This document shows, in pieces, positions 27,166 through 42,834 of a stretch of DNA of 64,000 nt. The translations under genes were made by a program, and so were the position numbers. The stretch's first letter is position 1. Each line of letters starts with the position of its first letter. Under the pieces are notes generated by a model. It saw nothing but the letters and a program-made list of their open reading frames with translations, was not told the DNA's origin and made no database searches. The stretch is from the human T2T-CHM13v2.0 reference genome, Homo sapiens, in contig CP068257.2 of NCBI GenBank assembly GCA_009914755.4, positions 34,208,001 to 34,272,000 of the forward strand, in the 5' to 3' direction.

Positions 27166-30100
27166 AAACTAAGGTAGCCACATATGACTTTCATGGGCCC
27201 CTGGCACTTTTGTCTTTGTGGGCCCCATTCTCCGTAAAAAATATCCAGAATGGCTCCACAACTGTGTTGGTATAGAGGCAAATAAAATCTGGGCTGGAGC
27301 ATGTTCATTTTTTCTTCTGATTTTAGAAGAAATGAAAACATTTTCATGGGTCTCTAAAAGTCCCACAGGACCTTGGCTCTGTGCCTTTCACACCTCATGG
27401 AGAAGTCCACCCTGTAGAAAGAATCACTGAGGTCCCCAGATTGGGTCGGGCACCTCCCCGGCCTTTCTCTATTTTGGCACCACACGCAAATTACCTGTTA
27501 TTGTGTCTAACAGCTCCCTCTCCCCACCTCTGGCTCACACTCCAGCAAAAAGACATGTCTCATTTATCTTTGCAGCCCTGGCACACCTTAAATGCTCAAT
27601 AAATAGCTGCTGCACCAACTTGAACTGAACAGATAGAGACCTAAGTTACTCAAGGTCATTAGTGAAACATGAAGCAAGAAAAGAGCAAAAGAAGGAGGTT
27701 TTGGCAAGAATGGAGCTTTAATAGCTGGAGCCTCAGCTCCTGGTAGCAGAGTGAGGATCTGGGAGCTCGGCCCAGGAAAGTTTCTGAAACTGCAGTAAAA
27801 CGAGTGTTTTATAACCACCTATTCTGTTCCATTTTTTTTCTCTCTCTGTCTTCATCTTTAAATTCTGTTTTTCACAGTCCAGAGCTTTGTGGGGTTTATT
27901 AATACTTACATCAGTTATACTTTGCCTTTCTTCAAATCAGAGTTTCTCAAATTCTGACTTTTCCACTGAGATTTTCTGACAGTAGATTTGGCCTTTCTAG
28001 ACCCAACCTCACTTATGGTTCATGACAAGTTTATAACTCGTTCTCATCTTGGGACAATTTCTACTTTTCCTGCTGACCATGCTTCATCTTTGCCATATCT
28101 CAGCATGAAAAAAGTTATTTTCTCCACCAGAAACTCACATGAGTGAACAGGAAACCCTTGGTTAGCCCTTCTGCCACCACACAAAATTTTTAAAAAGAAA
28201 TAAACAGTCATTCTTCTGGACACTGGGGAGAGATAAACACAAAAACATACAGTATGATTGGGAAGATAAGACGTCTACGTTTCTAATCATGTGTCATAAT
28301 CATGTGTCATAAACTTTCAGAAGAACGTTCCACAAAAAGCACTCAATGGGAGACTAATAGTGTCACACAAGTGGAAGATTCTAAGGACATAAATTTGGGA
28401 GGTGCAGGATTAAAAAGGCAAAGACAGTTTCTATAATGCAGAACTTCTCAGATCCTTGAAAGTGCTAACATGCTAGATGAATCTCCATGAGGCAGATCAA
28501 ATAGCGGGCACTTCCTAGATTGACTTGACCACGGAATCCTCCTACGGGGGAGTGGGGTACGGAGAGAGGTGTGTGGGGAGAGGAATACATGTTCCAAAAA
28601 TAATCTGGAAAACACTAGACTAGCAATAGATCTGTCAAGTTTCAAAGATGAACACCCTATTTTCACAAGAACTTTCTGGCATAAGGACCATTCACTGTGA
28701 CTATTCGCATGAGGAATATTCACTGTGGGCTGAAGCCCTTGGAGAGGGTGTCTTAATAGTAGTGTGATTCGTATTCAGGCTCAAAACACAGCCAGATGGG
28801 CCTTCCTTAGTGAGAGAGGAGTGTGAGGAGGATGTATTGGCTGGGAAAATCACTTCAGCAAGGGAAAAAATTTACAAGCTGTGTTTGAAGAGCACCAGAA
28901 GACTGGTGTGGAAGGGTTACCATTGATGAAACCAGAAAGAGGAGGAGACATGGGTGGGAAGGAGTGTTCGAACCTGACCATGAGTGAGAGTCTCACCCTG
29001 TGGGATGCATGGGAAACAAGGACTCAACCTCAAGGGAAAGCACACCCCATGGGTGCTGGAAAAGCATCACCAAATTAGGCTCCAAAGGATAAAAATGCTG
29101 CTTCCTGTCTGCTTGGCGGGAGGGAAGGCGGTGCCCAGTGAGCAGGGGTGTGGACCTGGCATCTGGTAGAGCACCACAGCATAGGGGCAAGAGCCCCAGG
29201 CGCATCAGGAAAGTCACGTTCCACACCCAGTGCTCCCGTGACTTCCAATAAGCAATTTAACCTCCCAGGGACTCAATGCCCTCACCTGTAAAATAAAAGG
29301 AAATGACACCCTAAGGTTTTCCCACTCTAACACCCTGTCGGTCCATGATGATGAGAACTTCCCATCTATCCAGCGCCAGGCAGAGGTACAGGTAATGGGC
29401 ATTTTGAGGCCAGACACCACATTCCATTCTCTCACTGTCAGCTTCACACAGACGGTGCCGGGCCCACAAACCATCTCTCACACAGATGGGGAAGGCAGCC
29501 GTCCCCATCTGGGCAGCTGTGCAGCCAAATACAGCTGCCTGTACAAGGGTGGGGGTCTCCTTGGCACCCAAGAGGCACAAATTCTGAAAAAACTAAGGGA
29601 CAGTATACTGGGGAGCCAGAGGAATTTCATGGGGTGTCCTCTCCGCTTTTGAAATCAGGCAAGATCATGGCCATGCTGTCTTGAATCTTAAACAACAGAA
29701 TCAATCAGGTTTATGTTTCCTTAGCTACTTCCCGAACTACAGAGAATCAATTAACAGTTCCTGAATCTGTAAAATTAAGAAATTAGTGATAGCTTCATAG
29801 AGTTTCAGAGTGAATTGAACGGCATAGGTGATACAAAACACGAAACTCCATGCCCAGCCCAGAGTGACAAGTCAATCAACATTCTGGGCTTTGAGGTCTA
29901 TACCTGTTGTGCTCAAACCTAATCATTTCCCAGGGTGCATCGCTGATATGCTGTGCCCTCTGTCTCCCACCACCTGCCTTGCATCTAATGCTGCTCCCTG
30001 CGTCTCAGTGGGACTTGGCTGCAGCCACTCAGGGTTCCTTTATTCCAGTGCCAAAATGGACATCAAGAGGACTAAGAAAATGTAGTCCCATTTGGGCATC

Positions 30101-30551
30101 TTAAACTCTTAAACTTACAGCTGACACTATAATTTTAGCTGAAATATTGGAAAATTTTTGTTTCCCATTATCAGCATGATTCTTACTTACTAAGATGAAA
30201 TATGGTTTCCTTTGGTTAAAAAAAAATACCCAATATGTTTTAAAAGATGAAGTAATGCTTAGTAACCTTGGTTGTTTTTTAAAACCCCTTCCTATTAACT
30301 GCTCAAGGGACAGGTTGTAATGTTGATCCACGCCACAGTGTATTTGCTTCACTTCCTGCTTCTGGCTGACCCTTTAACAGGAAAATTAATAGGGAACATG
30401 AGTCAATTAATCAGAATGCATAGTTATTTTTATGAACTCTACTGCCAGTGCATTAATTCATGACATGTGTTTCAAAAATTGGAAGAATGGCAAAAATATA
30501 GGTATAGATTGCTTATGATATATGATTCCAAAAGTCAGAAACCGTGAGTCA

Positions 30552-30583
30552 TTCATCCATTCATTCATTCATTCATTCAGGAA
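30552..30583. repeat. (CATT)n microsatellite
   Basis: 'cattcatccattcattcattcattcattcattc'. Confidence 0.95.
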
Positions 30584-31214
30584 GTGTTCATTAAGTACCT
30601 ACTAAGAGCCAGTCACCATTCCAAGCATTGGAGGTAATCGATGAATCAAGTCAAAGAGGCACAACAGGCATGAAACAAACCCTTACACATTGATTTATGA
30701 TGGAGATGTGGAAAGGGTGGGATGGCACACAAACTAGGGGCCACACCAGAGGTCTGGCCAAGGTTTAAGAGGCACCGAGTTGCAGCCAGAAGGCTGATTA
30801 GGGACTCCCTTGATGGACAGACGGGGAGAGAGGACATAGTGACAGAAAGGCACTCAAGGTAGTAGAAATTTCCTATGAAAATGCTCTACGGCTCCAGGGA
30901 GCAGCGCGACTGAAAACAGTCAGAATATAAGGTCCACAGGCAGGGGGAAAATGAGCAGGAGTTAGATGGAGGAACAGCCAGAACTCAGAAGACTTGAGTG
31001 CCACACAAAGGAGGTGGGCTTCATCCTCAGGCAGTGCAGAATTTCTGAAGGGGCACTGTGGTCACACGTCTAAAATGTCACCCTGGAGACAGTGAGGTTG
31101 ATGGGAAGGGCAAGCCTGGTGGGAAGGAGACTCACTTGGAAGCTGCTATCAAGGTTCAAGAGAGGAACAATGAGGGTCTGGGGTGAGACAGTGGCACCAG
31201 AGAGAAAAAGCAGA

Positions 31215-31690
31215 GTGCATTTCAGGGGTATTTGGTAGCACGCCTCAGCAGGGTTTGTTCATGGATAGAGGTGGGGTGAGAAGAAAGGCCTGGGGTGGTC
31301 ACTGGAGGAAAGGCAGCTCCATCACAGGACATTATGTTAAGTGAAATAAGCCAGACACAGAAAGACACACATCACATGTTCTCACTTATTTGCGGGAGCT
31401 AAAAAGTAAAACACCTGAACTCATGGAGATGGGGAGTAGAAGGAAGGCTAGGAAGGGTAGTGGGGAGGTCGAGGGGAAGTGGGGATAGTTAATGGGTACA
31501 AAAAATAATGAGAACAAATGAGTAACACCTAGTATTTGCAAGCCACAATGGGGTAAATACAGTAAAAAAAAAAAATTGTACATTTTAAAATAACTAAAAG
31601 AGTATAATTGGATGATTTGTACCCTGATGTGATTATTACACATTGCATGCCTGTATCAAAATATCTCATGTAGTCCATAAATATAGGCCA
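31215..31690 (+). repeat. Copy A of a ~480-bp dispersed direct duplication; the content resembles the 3' UTR end of an old L1 subfamily
   Basis: 'ggtagcacgcctcagcagggtttgttcatggatagaggtggggtgagaagaaaggcctggggtggtcactggaggaaaggcagctcc...atgttaagtgaaataagccagacacagaaagacacacatcacatgttctcacttatttgcgggagctaaaaag...gggtacaaaaaataatgagaacaaatgag...gatgtgattattacacattgcatgcctgtatcaaaat'. Confidence 0.75.
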
Positions 31691-32257
31691 CAAAAATAAA
31701 AAAATTAATTTTTAAAAAATAAATAAGAAAAAAGAGGCAAATCCACCAACTCAAGTATAGGAGGGAGGACGAGAACCAGTGCTGGGGAAAGATCATGTGC
31801 TCCATTCAGCCATGTGGATTTGAGGGGTCCGTGTGCCACTCAAAAGGCAGGTGCTTGACAAGCTGCTGTGTATGTGGGTCTGAAGCTCAAGAAATAAGTC
31901 TGGGCTGGTGAAAGACATTTGGAAATCATCACTGCTATCACCATGGAAAACAAGAGAGGTCATGCAACTGATTACCCAGGAGGGGCCAGTGGAAAAAGAG
32001 GAGTCCAGGAAAGAGATAAGGAGCAGCCCAAGAATGATGCAGGGAGACAGATGATGATAAAGAGAAAGAGCTTTGCACATGGAAAGCACCAGAGTACAGC
32101 ATTTACAGAATGTGAAGCTTACATTGCTAAATGAAGCAAGAAGAGAGGCAGGATGATCCCTGAAGCGTCAGTGCTTGCAAATTTCAACTCTGATGAGCTC
32201 AACATATGGCACTGAGCATCCACCATGAACGAGGAGATGCCAGCTCATCTAAGGCAC

Positions 32258-32545
32258 CAGGCACAGTGGCTCATGCCCATAATCCCAGCACTTTGGGAGG
32301 CTGAGGTGGGAAGATCGCTTGAGGCCAGGAGTTTGAGACCAGGCTGGGTAACATGGCAAGACCCTGTGTCTGCAAAAAATTTAAAAATTATCCAGGTGTG
32401 ATGGCATGCACCTGTAAGTGCTACTCAGAAGTCTAAAGTGGGAGGGTCCTTTGAGCCCAGGAGTTCGAGGCTACAGTGACCTCTGTTGATGCCACTGCAC
32501 TCAGCCTAGGCAACAGAGTGAGACCCATCTCAAAAGAAAAAAAGA
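32258..32545 (+). mobile_element. Alu element (older subfamily, diverged)
   Basis: 'caggcacagtggctcatgcccataatcccagcactttgggaggctgaggtgggaagatcgcttgaggccaggagtttgagaccaggctgggtaacatggcaagaccctgtgtctgcaaaaaat...' through the right monomer and an A-rich tail. Confidence 0.92.
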
Positions 32546-33821
32546 GACAGAAGAAACCCAACGGCTCTCACACTTGAATATGTGTCAGAAATACCTGAGG
32601 GGTTTATTTAAGTACAGATTCGTGGGCCCACCTCAGAGATTTCGATACAATGGGAGACCCCAGGCACCTGCACACTTCACAAGCACCCAAGGGGTTCTCT
32701 GAGGACAGTTAGGAAATCCACTCTTAGAAATACTGTGAAAGTGCTGCCCTTATGTCAAAACTAGGGACTTTTCTTAAAAGTATTTCTCAGAAGTCCCTAG
32801 TATCAGCTTCTCTTCCACTCAGAAAAATCCAGGAGACTTCAGGATTGATTTCATCTTCCAAGTGACTTCAACCTTGTAGCCTTCAGTGTCCTCAAAATGG
32901 AATCAGCAGTTCTCATTGTTAGAAGAACAACCTGGGTGTTTAAGAAAACATATCTGCAATTTTCTGCTTCCACCCTGCCTCCTGAATCAGGCTCCCAGAG
33001 ACGAAGCCCAGCAATCCAGAAATTTCTGAGGTCTTCCCAGTAGATTCTATGTTTCAGCCAGGTTTGGAAACAACTGAACAGATCATCTCTAATCCAATGT
33101 CAACCCCTAAGAGTCCCTGTATTCAATAAGCACCTGCAAGAGGAATTGTGTTTGGACTGCCAAAATAAGGCCCTAATAAACCTCCCTGTCAAAAAGGAAG
33201 TTTAAGATTCCTTGATGTCAGCAGAGCCTGCAAGAGAAACTTTAGTCCAACTGTGAGTTTTCAGAGTAAATATTATTACAATGATGTAGAATTTTAGCTG
33301 GCCTGATTAATTATGCAGTGGCAGCACTTCAATGGGTTGTGGGCCTAATATAAGCACTCCATTCTGTCATTGTTACTATCAAGTTCAACAGCCTCCTCAA
33401 ATCAGTCAGTGAGGATTTAGCATTGTTGTTACAACAACAAGAGGAACCCAGGGAAGAATGAGTGCTTTCGTCAGCTCTAAAATAGCAAACTTCAGTAAGC
33501 ATATGTTTAAGTCAGTGCCAAACAACAGATTATCTGGCTAATAAGGATTATTAAGGGAAGTGAGATGCCTAATACGGAGCATAAATGGGACTATCGTTTT
33601 AAAAGTCCCATTTCATCAGAGGTAAAGGTGACAGATGGTTGCAGATGTGCAGGCTGCGTCCCCTGCCCTTTTCTTCTCTCCTGCTGTGCTGATCTCTACC
33701 CAGTGCTAGTAATGGCCTGTGTCCTCAGATCAGGCCTTGCTGAAAAAGAAGGGGAATGCAGAGGCAGGGGACACATGGCAGATGTTACTTCCTCTTATGA
33801 TAATCCCAGGGAGGCTACATG

Positions 33822-34320
33822 GTAGCACGCATCAGCAGGGTTTGCTCACGGATACAGGTGGAGTGAGAAGAAAGGCCTGGGGTGGTCACTGGAGGAAAGG
33901 CAGCTCCTTCGGAGGACATCATGTTAAGTGAAATAAGCCAGGCACAGAAAGATAAATATCCCATGTTCTCACTCATTTGTGGGAACTAAACATTGATTGA
34001 ATTCATGAAGATGGAGAGTAGAAGGATGGTTACCAGAGGCTGGGAAGGGCAATATGGAGGTCGGGGGGAAGTGGGGATGGTTAATGGATACAAAAAGGAG
34101 TTAGAACAAATGAGTAAGACCTAGTATTTGCAAGCACAATAGGGTGAATAGTCACAAATAACTTAATTGTACATTTTTAAATAGCTAAAAGTATAATTGG
34201 ATTATTTGTAACACAAAGATAAATCCTTGAGGGAGTGGATATCCCATTTACCCTGATGTGATTATTACACATTGCATGCCTGTATCAGAACAGCTCATGT
34301 AACCCATAAATACAGGCACC
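33822..34320 (+). repeat. Copy B of the ~480-bp dispersed direct duplication (pairs with 31215-31690)
   Basis: 'ggtagcacgcatcagcagggtttgctcacggatacaggtggagtgagaagaaaggcctggggtggtcactggaggaaaggcagctcc...atgttaagtgaaataagccaggcacagaaagataaatatcccatgttctcactcatttgtgggaactaaac...gatgtgattattacacattgcatgcctgtatcagaac'. It starts at the same point as copy A. Confidence 0.75.
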
Positions 34321-34799
34321 TACAGCTTCCTACAAAACAGGGGAGAATTCCTCTGTTTAAAAACCTCAGTAGGATTCCCAGTGCCTACATAATAAAACCC
34401 AAATTGTTTAGAAAGGTGAGCAAGAGCATTTTCCATCCAGCCTTTGCTCCTACCCACCCTTTCCTTCCCTCACTCCCCCACAGCCCTACATACCCACCAT
34501 TCCAAGAACAGTCAACTTCCACTTTTCACAACTCAGGGCCTTTCTCTGCATGTTCTGCTGTCTCCAGAGCAGCATGCTTCCTGCTCCCTTTCCTCACCTG
34601 GCAAACCTCTCGGGTCGGGAGGCCGTCCTGGATGACTCTAAACAGTTGATCCACCCTTGGTGCTCTGGAGCTTTTTAAAAACTCCTTTAACATTAAATAC
34701 TGTGCTAAATGATTATTTATCTAACTACCCATCCAACTCTTCCACTGGGGCATGAGTTGCTCAAGGCCAAGCCTATGGTAGATTCTCAAAAACATCTGT

Positions 34800-34965
34800 T
34801 GGATGGATAGGAAGAAGGAAGGAAGAGAGGGAGGAAAGAAGGAAGGAAGAGAGGGAGGAAAGAAGGAGGGAGGGAAAGAGGGAGGGAGGGAGGGAAAAGA
34901 GAGGGAGGGAGGAAGGATAGAAAAGGCAGAAAAGGGAAAGGAAAGGAAGGAGGAGAAAGGAGACC
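34800..34965. repeat. Purine-rich (GGAA/GGGA/GAAA) low-complexity tract
   Basis: 'ggatggataggaagaaggaaggaagagagggaggaaagaaggaaggaagagagggaggaaagaaggagggagggaaagagggagggagggagggaaaag...'. This generates the spurious K/E/G-rich and L/P/S-rich ORFs. Confidence 0.9.
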
Positions 34966-37900
34966 CGGACTGGTGTCAGGAGACTGATATTTCTCCATCT
35001 ATTCATACAACAAGCGTTCATTGGAAGTAACTATTAGTTCAAGGCAATGTTCTAGTATACTGAGATAAATAAGACACACCTTTGACCCCCACTTAAGAGC
35101 TCATAAACCAGCAAGGAACAAGTTAGATAAGCAAGCAGATAATTACATTAAACATTATAAAGTCCAATAGCGGTACCTGCAAGGTGCTATGATATCAAAA
35201 AGAATAATCAGCCACACAGCCCAGGGGAATTGAATTGAAAGCTGAATCCTAAAGCACAAGTGGAATTGAAAGCAATTTACATTTTCAGTAGAGGGTCAGG
35301 GTGTGCAAAGGCATGAAAATAAAGGAAACCCTGGACAAATTTTTAAAAAAGAATGCTGAAGGTATGTTAGCTAGCAGGTAGGAGAGGCGAGGCTGGGGCG
35401 AGAAGCAGGGTGTGGCCATGAAGGTGTTTAGAGGAAGTGTGGACCTGAATGTAGCCAGAGAGGACGCTCTGGCTGAAACCCAGGCCTTTGCATGCACCAT
35501 CCCCTCTTGGAGCATTCTCAGGCTCCCCACCAGCCTGATCCTGACATCCTTCAGTTAGAGGTTCCAGGCACCCTACCCTTTCCCATCATGACACTCATCA
35601 AAATTCATTAAACAATTCTTATATCTGGCTGTTCCAGCAAACTGGAAGATTCACCAGGGCAGGCATTGTATCTGTCTTGTTTATCACTGTATCCTATACA
35701 CCTAGAAAGTACCTGCCCTAGAGTGAGCCTTCCACAGATATTGGTTAAATGAATGCAATAAATGCATGCTCTTCTTGGCCAAACCTTTTCATCATGGAAT
35801 CTGTGAAATAATAGAGTCCCACCTGAGGTGGAAACAATCCTGGAAGAGAGCTGATTCTCAGTCAGCCTCTGACACCCAGACACGATGTGCTTCCAGCAAG
35901 ACATGTCAGCTCACCAAGCCTTGGTTTCTTATCTATCAAATGGAGCTATTGGCCTGAACGAACTCTAAGGATGCCTCTAACTCCTAAAGTTGATGATTTG
36001 TACCTGATAGTCGCTCCAGATCCATAGTGTTCTATGGAGAGCAGTTCTTTGGTGATACGAAGATGAAGGAAAGAACTCAGTGCCACTCACTTCCAGGACT
36101 GTGTCCTCATTGAATTTGTCCTGAGGAAAACAGGTGCCAAGTTCCATCTTGACTTTATTAGATGTGAAAACATAGTCAGAGATGAAAGGAAAGGTCACCT
36201 CTCCTGGGCAAATAAACTTTCTTTCAGTAAGTCCCCAGGAGATGGATGTGGAGAGCCCAGGGTTTTCCACTTTGAAGTTTAAAATTCCCAGAAAGAGACA
36301 CTATCCCTAAAGCCAAACCCAGGAGACGGGCTCGAGGTGCCTCCGAAGGCAAAAGCCAGTGGTCTGCTCCATGCCCATGAGATTCAGGGGCTAGAAACAA
36401 ATGAAAGCCATGATTAAAGTAATTTCATCTATGTGTTTCCAGAGACTAATTATATTTATTGCATCTGACACCAGTCAGGGACAGCAAACATCTTTTGTGA
36501 GCCTTACAACAAAAGTTGAAAAGCATTACTCATAATGGCTGATTTTGTTTTATTACATCTGACTCAAAGCCAAAGGTAGACAGCACTTAGAGCTCTCTGT
36601 GGACATTAATGTTTGAATGCAATACAGATAGCTTCCCTCTCTGGCTTCCCACCAGCACCCACACATGCTGCCCTCCTGCTCTCAGTATGTATGCAAGTGG
36701 TTGTGGAATAGAGAGGCAGTGAAATAGCTCCAGAATTTGTCATGCAGCCACCATATCCCAAGCACATTGCTAGGCACTGATCCTCATAGGTCGATAAAAC
36801 AAGAGACCCTGCCCTCTAGGGATGCACTGGGCTGGACAACAGCCCACCAACATTACCCTGTAAGGGCAGTATTATGTGCCATAACACAGATAACGTAAGA
36901 GTGGGATGCGAAAATATCAAGAAGGAAAGAGTGAGCTCTAGTTGGGAAAAATCAGAAAAGGGGGTGGCATATGAAATAAGCCAGCAAAGAAGAGGTTATG
37001 TATTAGGCAGCCACAAATGGGAACTAAATTCTTGGTGCCAAGGACAGCAAGCAAGGTGAGAAACCGAGGAGGGTAGGGCATGTTCAACTAAAGCTTAACA
37101 TGGCATGTGTTCATATGGGGAAATAGCACATGGTGGCACAGGAACGACGAAGCATGTGGCTGATGGCCTTGAACACTACCTGAAGAGTGGGCCTCTGTTT
37201 GAGAGTAAGGAGCATTCATGACCTTGAGCACAGGAGTAAGCTGCAAAGAGCCACACTCTAAGTAGGTTAGTGCAGGAGTGGTGTGAGGTACCCAGGCCGG
37301 CAGGGCTTTTAAGAAATTGCCTTCAATGGCCTGGTTGAGAACCACTGCTCCAGAACACAGTCACGCCTGGTGCTAGGGTCTATAGTATTGCTTCAGTGCT
37401 ACCAAAATGAATATGGTGGGCTTGGTAAGTGTTAATCTGCTGCCTTAAGAACCTATCATAGGTCCATAGATAAATGCAGTTTCAAGCCAGTGCCTTATAA
37501 ACAACCTTTGAAGACAACCCATTTGTGAGTTATATACTGCCTTCCAAATGATGAAGATTTGCTTCATATCTTTAAGGGGTGTTTCCACTTTTAAAGAGAA
37601 CTTGCAATCTATTAGAAAAGATGGCAGAATTTTAGACAAAGGATCCAGAAGCTCCATGCATGAAAGTATTTATGTCTACCTGCTCCCATGACATAAGGAC
37701 AAGAACATAACTCACCATGGAGGTCCCCACTGCTACACAGCAGCCTGTCTATAAGAGCCTTGCACACACACACACAAAGTGGTATGTCTTTAAAATCCAT
37801 AAAATCTTCACAGAGTTAATTTTACTGGAAAATTGTTCTCTCTTTTTAGAACATTAGTCCCTAAGGACAGACTACAGGGAGAAAACACTGTTTTTATAAG

Positions 37901-38249
37901 CTTGCCTAAGAAAATTATTACACCCCAAAGTCCATCATGGTTATGAAATTCCATTGCATCCGTCTCTTGTTTATTTACTTTGAAACCAACATTCTAAATC
38001 TACTTGGGATACTCAATGCAAAATAATACTAGTTCTGTTTATTTTTATTTGGCTTTAAAGGAAAAAAGTAGGGGAAGAAGAGGGATGAGGTCTCAGTTAA
38101 TGATCAAGAAAATATGGCAGAAGTTGACATCTACCTGAGATAAATCAAGATCAAATCTTTGTATCTCTTCTTTGTCAATGGATCCTTTCTTCTTTCCAAG
38201 CAATACATTTATGTCTTTCTAGATTGATAATTAATATCCCATATTAATT

Positions 38250-38553
38250 AGGCTCATGCCTATAATCCCAGCATTTTGGGAGGCTGAGGCAGGAAGATCA
38301 CTTGAGCCCAGAAGTTGGGGATGAGCCTAAGCAACAAGGGAAAACCCTGGATCTACAAAAAATAAAAAATTAACCAGGCATGGTGGCGCACAACTGTAGT
38401 CCCACCTACTCAGGAGGCTGAGGCAGGAGGATTGCTTGAGCCCAGGAGGTCAAGGCTACAGTGAGCCAAAATCACGTCACTGCACTCCAGCCAGGGTGAG
38501 AGAACAAGACCCCCTGTCTCAAACAAACAAAAAAAAAAAAAAAAAAAAAAAAA
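38250..38553 (+). mobile_element. Alu element, slightly 5'-truncated, with a long (about 29 A) poly-A tail
   Basis: 'ggctcatgcctataatcccagcattttgggaggctgaggcaggaagatcacttgagcccagaagttgggg...ccactgcactccagccagggtgagagaacaagaccccctgtctcaaacaaacaaaaaaaaaaaaaaaaaaaaaaaaa'. Confidence 0.93.
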
Positions 38554-39484
38554 GACTCAACAGCCACTGGTCAAAGTAGCTCAACCTGAAGATCTCCCTC
38601 TGGTCAAGGATGGGGCAATTTGAACTCTCATAAAGATGAGAATTGCAATGGATTAAAACTGATCAAATAAGTTTAAACCCATGAGTTCATAAAGGTATTT
38701 TTTCAAACCTACTTGATAAACTTTTGAAAGTCAACAGCATTATCTTGAAAACTTAGTAAATACAAGGAAAACGTAAAACATTTATTTTAGATTCCTTATG
38801 AACTAAGCCAGTAAATAACCAACTAGTAGATGAAAGAAAGAATTTTCTAATAAAATCATTACAGCTAATAAATCAAAGCAGAGTGACAGAATCAGAAATC
38901 AACAGTCTGCACCCTGCAGTGAAAGAATGGATCTAGGCAATGTGCATCACATCTGCCAACATCAAAAACAAGGAGCCAACAGGCATGTGAAAGAACACAG
39001 ACTCACCTACAATCCGCCAGCCCAGGAGGCTGAACCTGAGGCTGTTGAAGCTTCTGGATCCAGCTGCCAACTTCTAGGAGGTCAGAAAACCGAGGAGCAT
39101 GTTAACCTGCAACATGAGTGCCCAATCAGCCAAATCCAGATTGAGAACCACTCCGTGGGTCAAACGGCCCAGGTTCTTCAATACATAAACTGTAAGAAAA
39201 ATAGATGGAGGAAAACCTGTAAGCTAAGAGACAGCAGACAGACAGAAAGACATATATAAAATTATGTATTAAAATTTTACACACACACATATAGGCTTTT
39301 TTAATGGGAAAAACTACAGCATTTAGAGCTACGTGTTTTTAATTAATACAAAAAGATGCAAAGGATTTATCAATATAATAGCCAGGATAGTGATTACTTT
39401 GGGCAAAAGCAAGGAAATTTCTAGAGTAACTGACAAAATTCTAGTAAAATAAAATGGTCTAAAAATGAATTTAAAAGTAAAACA

Positions 39485-40700
<1,216 letters not shown>

Positions 40701-41394
40701 TCAAAAAAGTGAATCCATTACGATTAGGGATACCACATGGTGAAACCCTTATGATAGACATCTACAAAAAGAAATGTCTAGAAGTCTTGAAACTTTCATA
40801 CCAAACCACCAACTCTGAATGGTGGGTGGCACTGAGGGGCCAGGAGTAAGAGGGGGAGGGAACCAGGAGACTCAGTACAGGAGCAGGTTTATGTTTTGCT
40901 CAATATATTTTTGTTCTGTTTGCATTTATACTAGCAACTTTTCATGTATTATTCATATAGATTAAATGACTCAATCAATCTAGGAGTGAGTGAGCTATCA
41001 ATTGCCCAAGCAAGTGAGTGAGTGGGCAAATGAATGGAGAAAGAAAAAAGTATCCCAGTATCATAGGCAGGTCCTAATAGTAAAGTCTTCATAAAATCAT
41101 GTACAGTAAACTACAAAGCAAAAAAACAGATCATGCAAAATCTGATCAACCCAGACATTTTAGAGCCTGTGTATGTGAAGACACTTAAGTCCCTAGTCAC
41201 AGATACAATGAGCTTATATGCTAAAATTTTATAAATGAAAATTTTACAAGGTAACTTGTTGATCGACCAGTCAAATATGAGTTCAGAACCAGATACCATC
41301 TTAAATGATCCCTGTGCCCACCCTAATACCATCCTGCCTGCCCTCCAGGGACCCTCCAATCATGAGACCCTAACTAAGAAGTCTTGCTGCCCAA

Positions 41395-41705
<311 letters not shown>

Positions 41706-41807
41706 AGTCTTACTGCCCCTTTAAATTTCATGACCCCCAGAGTATTTGAAAGCACATTTCTGAATCCACCCAGAATTACTTCTTTACAAACATTCCAAAA
41801 AAAAAAA

Positions 41808-42132
<325 letters not shown>

Positions 42133-42284
42133 TTATCAACCAGTGTCCAAATTCAGAGTAGAGCAGCATTCTTTCAAAATTGAAGCAATTGAAAACAAAA
42201 CAAAAACAACTCTACCTCCAACCAAAAATCATATGTAACTCTGAGAATCCAAGTTTTCAGATGCTTGTTGGAGAGAGAATGTGT

Positions 42285-42460
42285 TGCTTAACTTATCTCA
42301 GCCTCAGTCAGGGTCCTCATCTATAAAATGGGAGGATAAGCATCCCCTGCCTCACTAAGGAGTTATAAGGATTTCACAAAATCCTGGGAAACTCTTAGCA
42401 CATTGCTAGGCACACAGCAAATGCTCAGGAGATGTTTGTTGTGGTCTTAATTTTTTTTAT
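42285..42460 (+). mobile_element. MIR fragment
   Basis: 'cttatctcagcctcagtcagggtcctcatctataaaatgggaggataag...ttagcacattgctaggcacacagcaaatgctcaggagatgtttgttg' matches MIR 'cctcagtttcctcatctgtaaaatgggg...gcacttagaacagtgcctggcacatagtaggcgctcaataaatgtt'. Confidence 0.65.
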
Positions 42461-42834
42461 TAAGGCATGTTTTAACTGTATTACCTTGGGTAAAGTCTGG
42501 TAAGGCCAGATGCAAAACAGGAGAGATAAACTAGAAAGAGTTTTACAGATTTGCTACTCACAGCCCTGTGGGGAGAATGCAGCGGGTCACACTGGGCCAC
42601 TCTGGGAAGTGTTGGCTACCAGGGTCGACAGAAGGAGAGAGTAGGAACAAGGAAAGCGTCTTCATTGAGAAGAAGCAGGGAGGTGGGGGGGAGTCTGGGT
42701 AAGCAGGCTTAGCATTGGCTAGTCTGAATCATTTCAGTGGACTCCCAGCCATAGGGGCTGTCCTGAGTTACCTGGTATCTGCCCCTGGGATAATTATGGC
42801 AGGTGGATAGTGGCTCCAAGTTTGAGAGGTTAAT

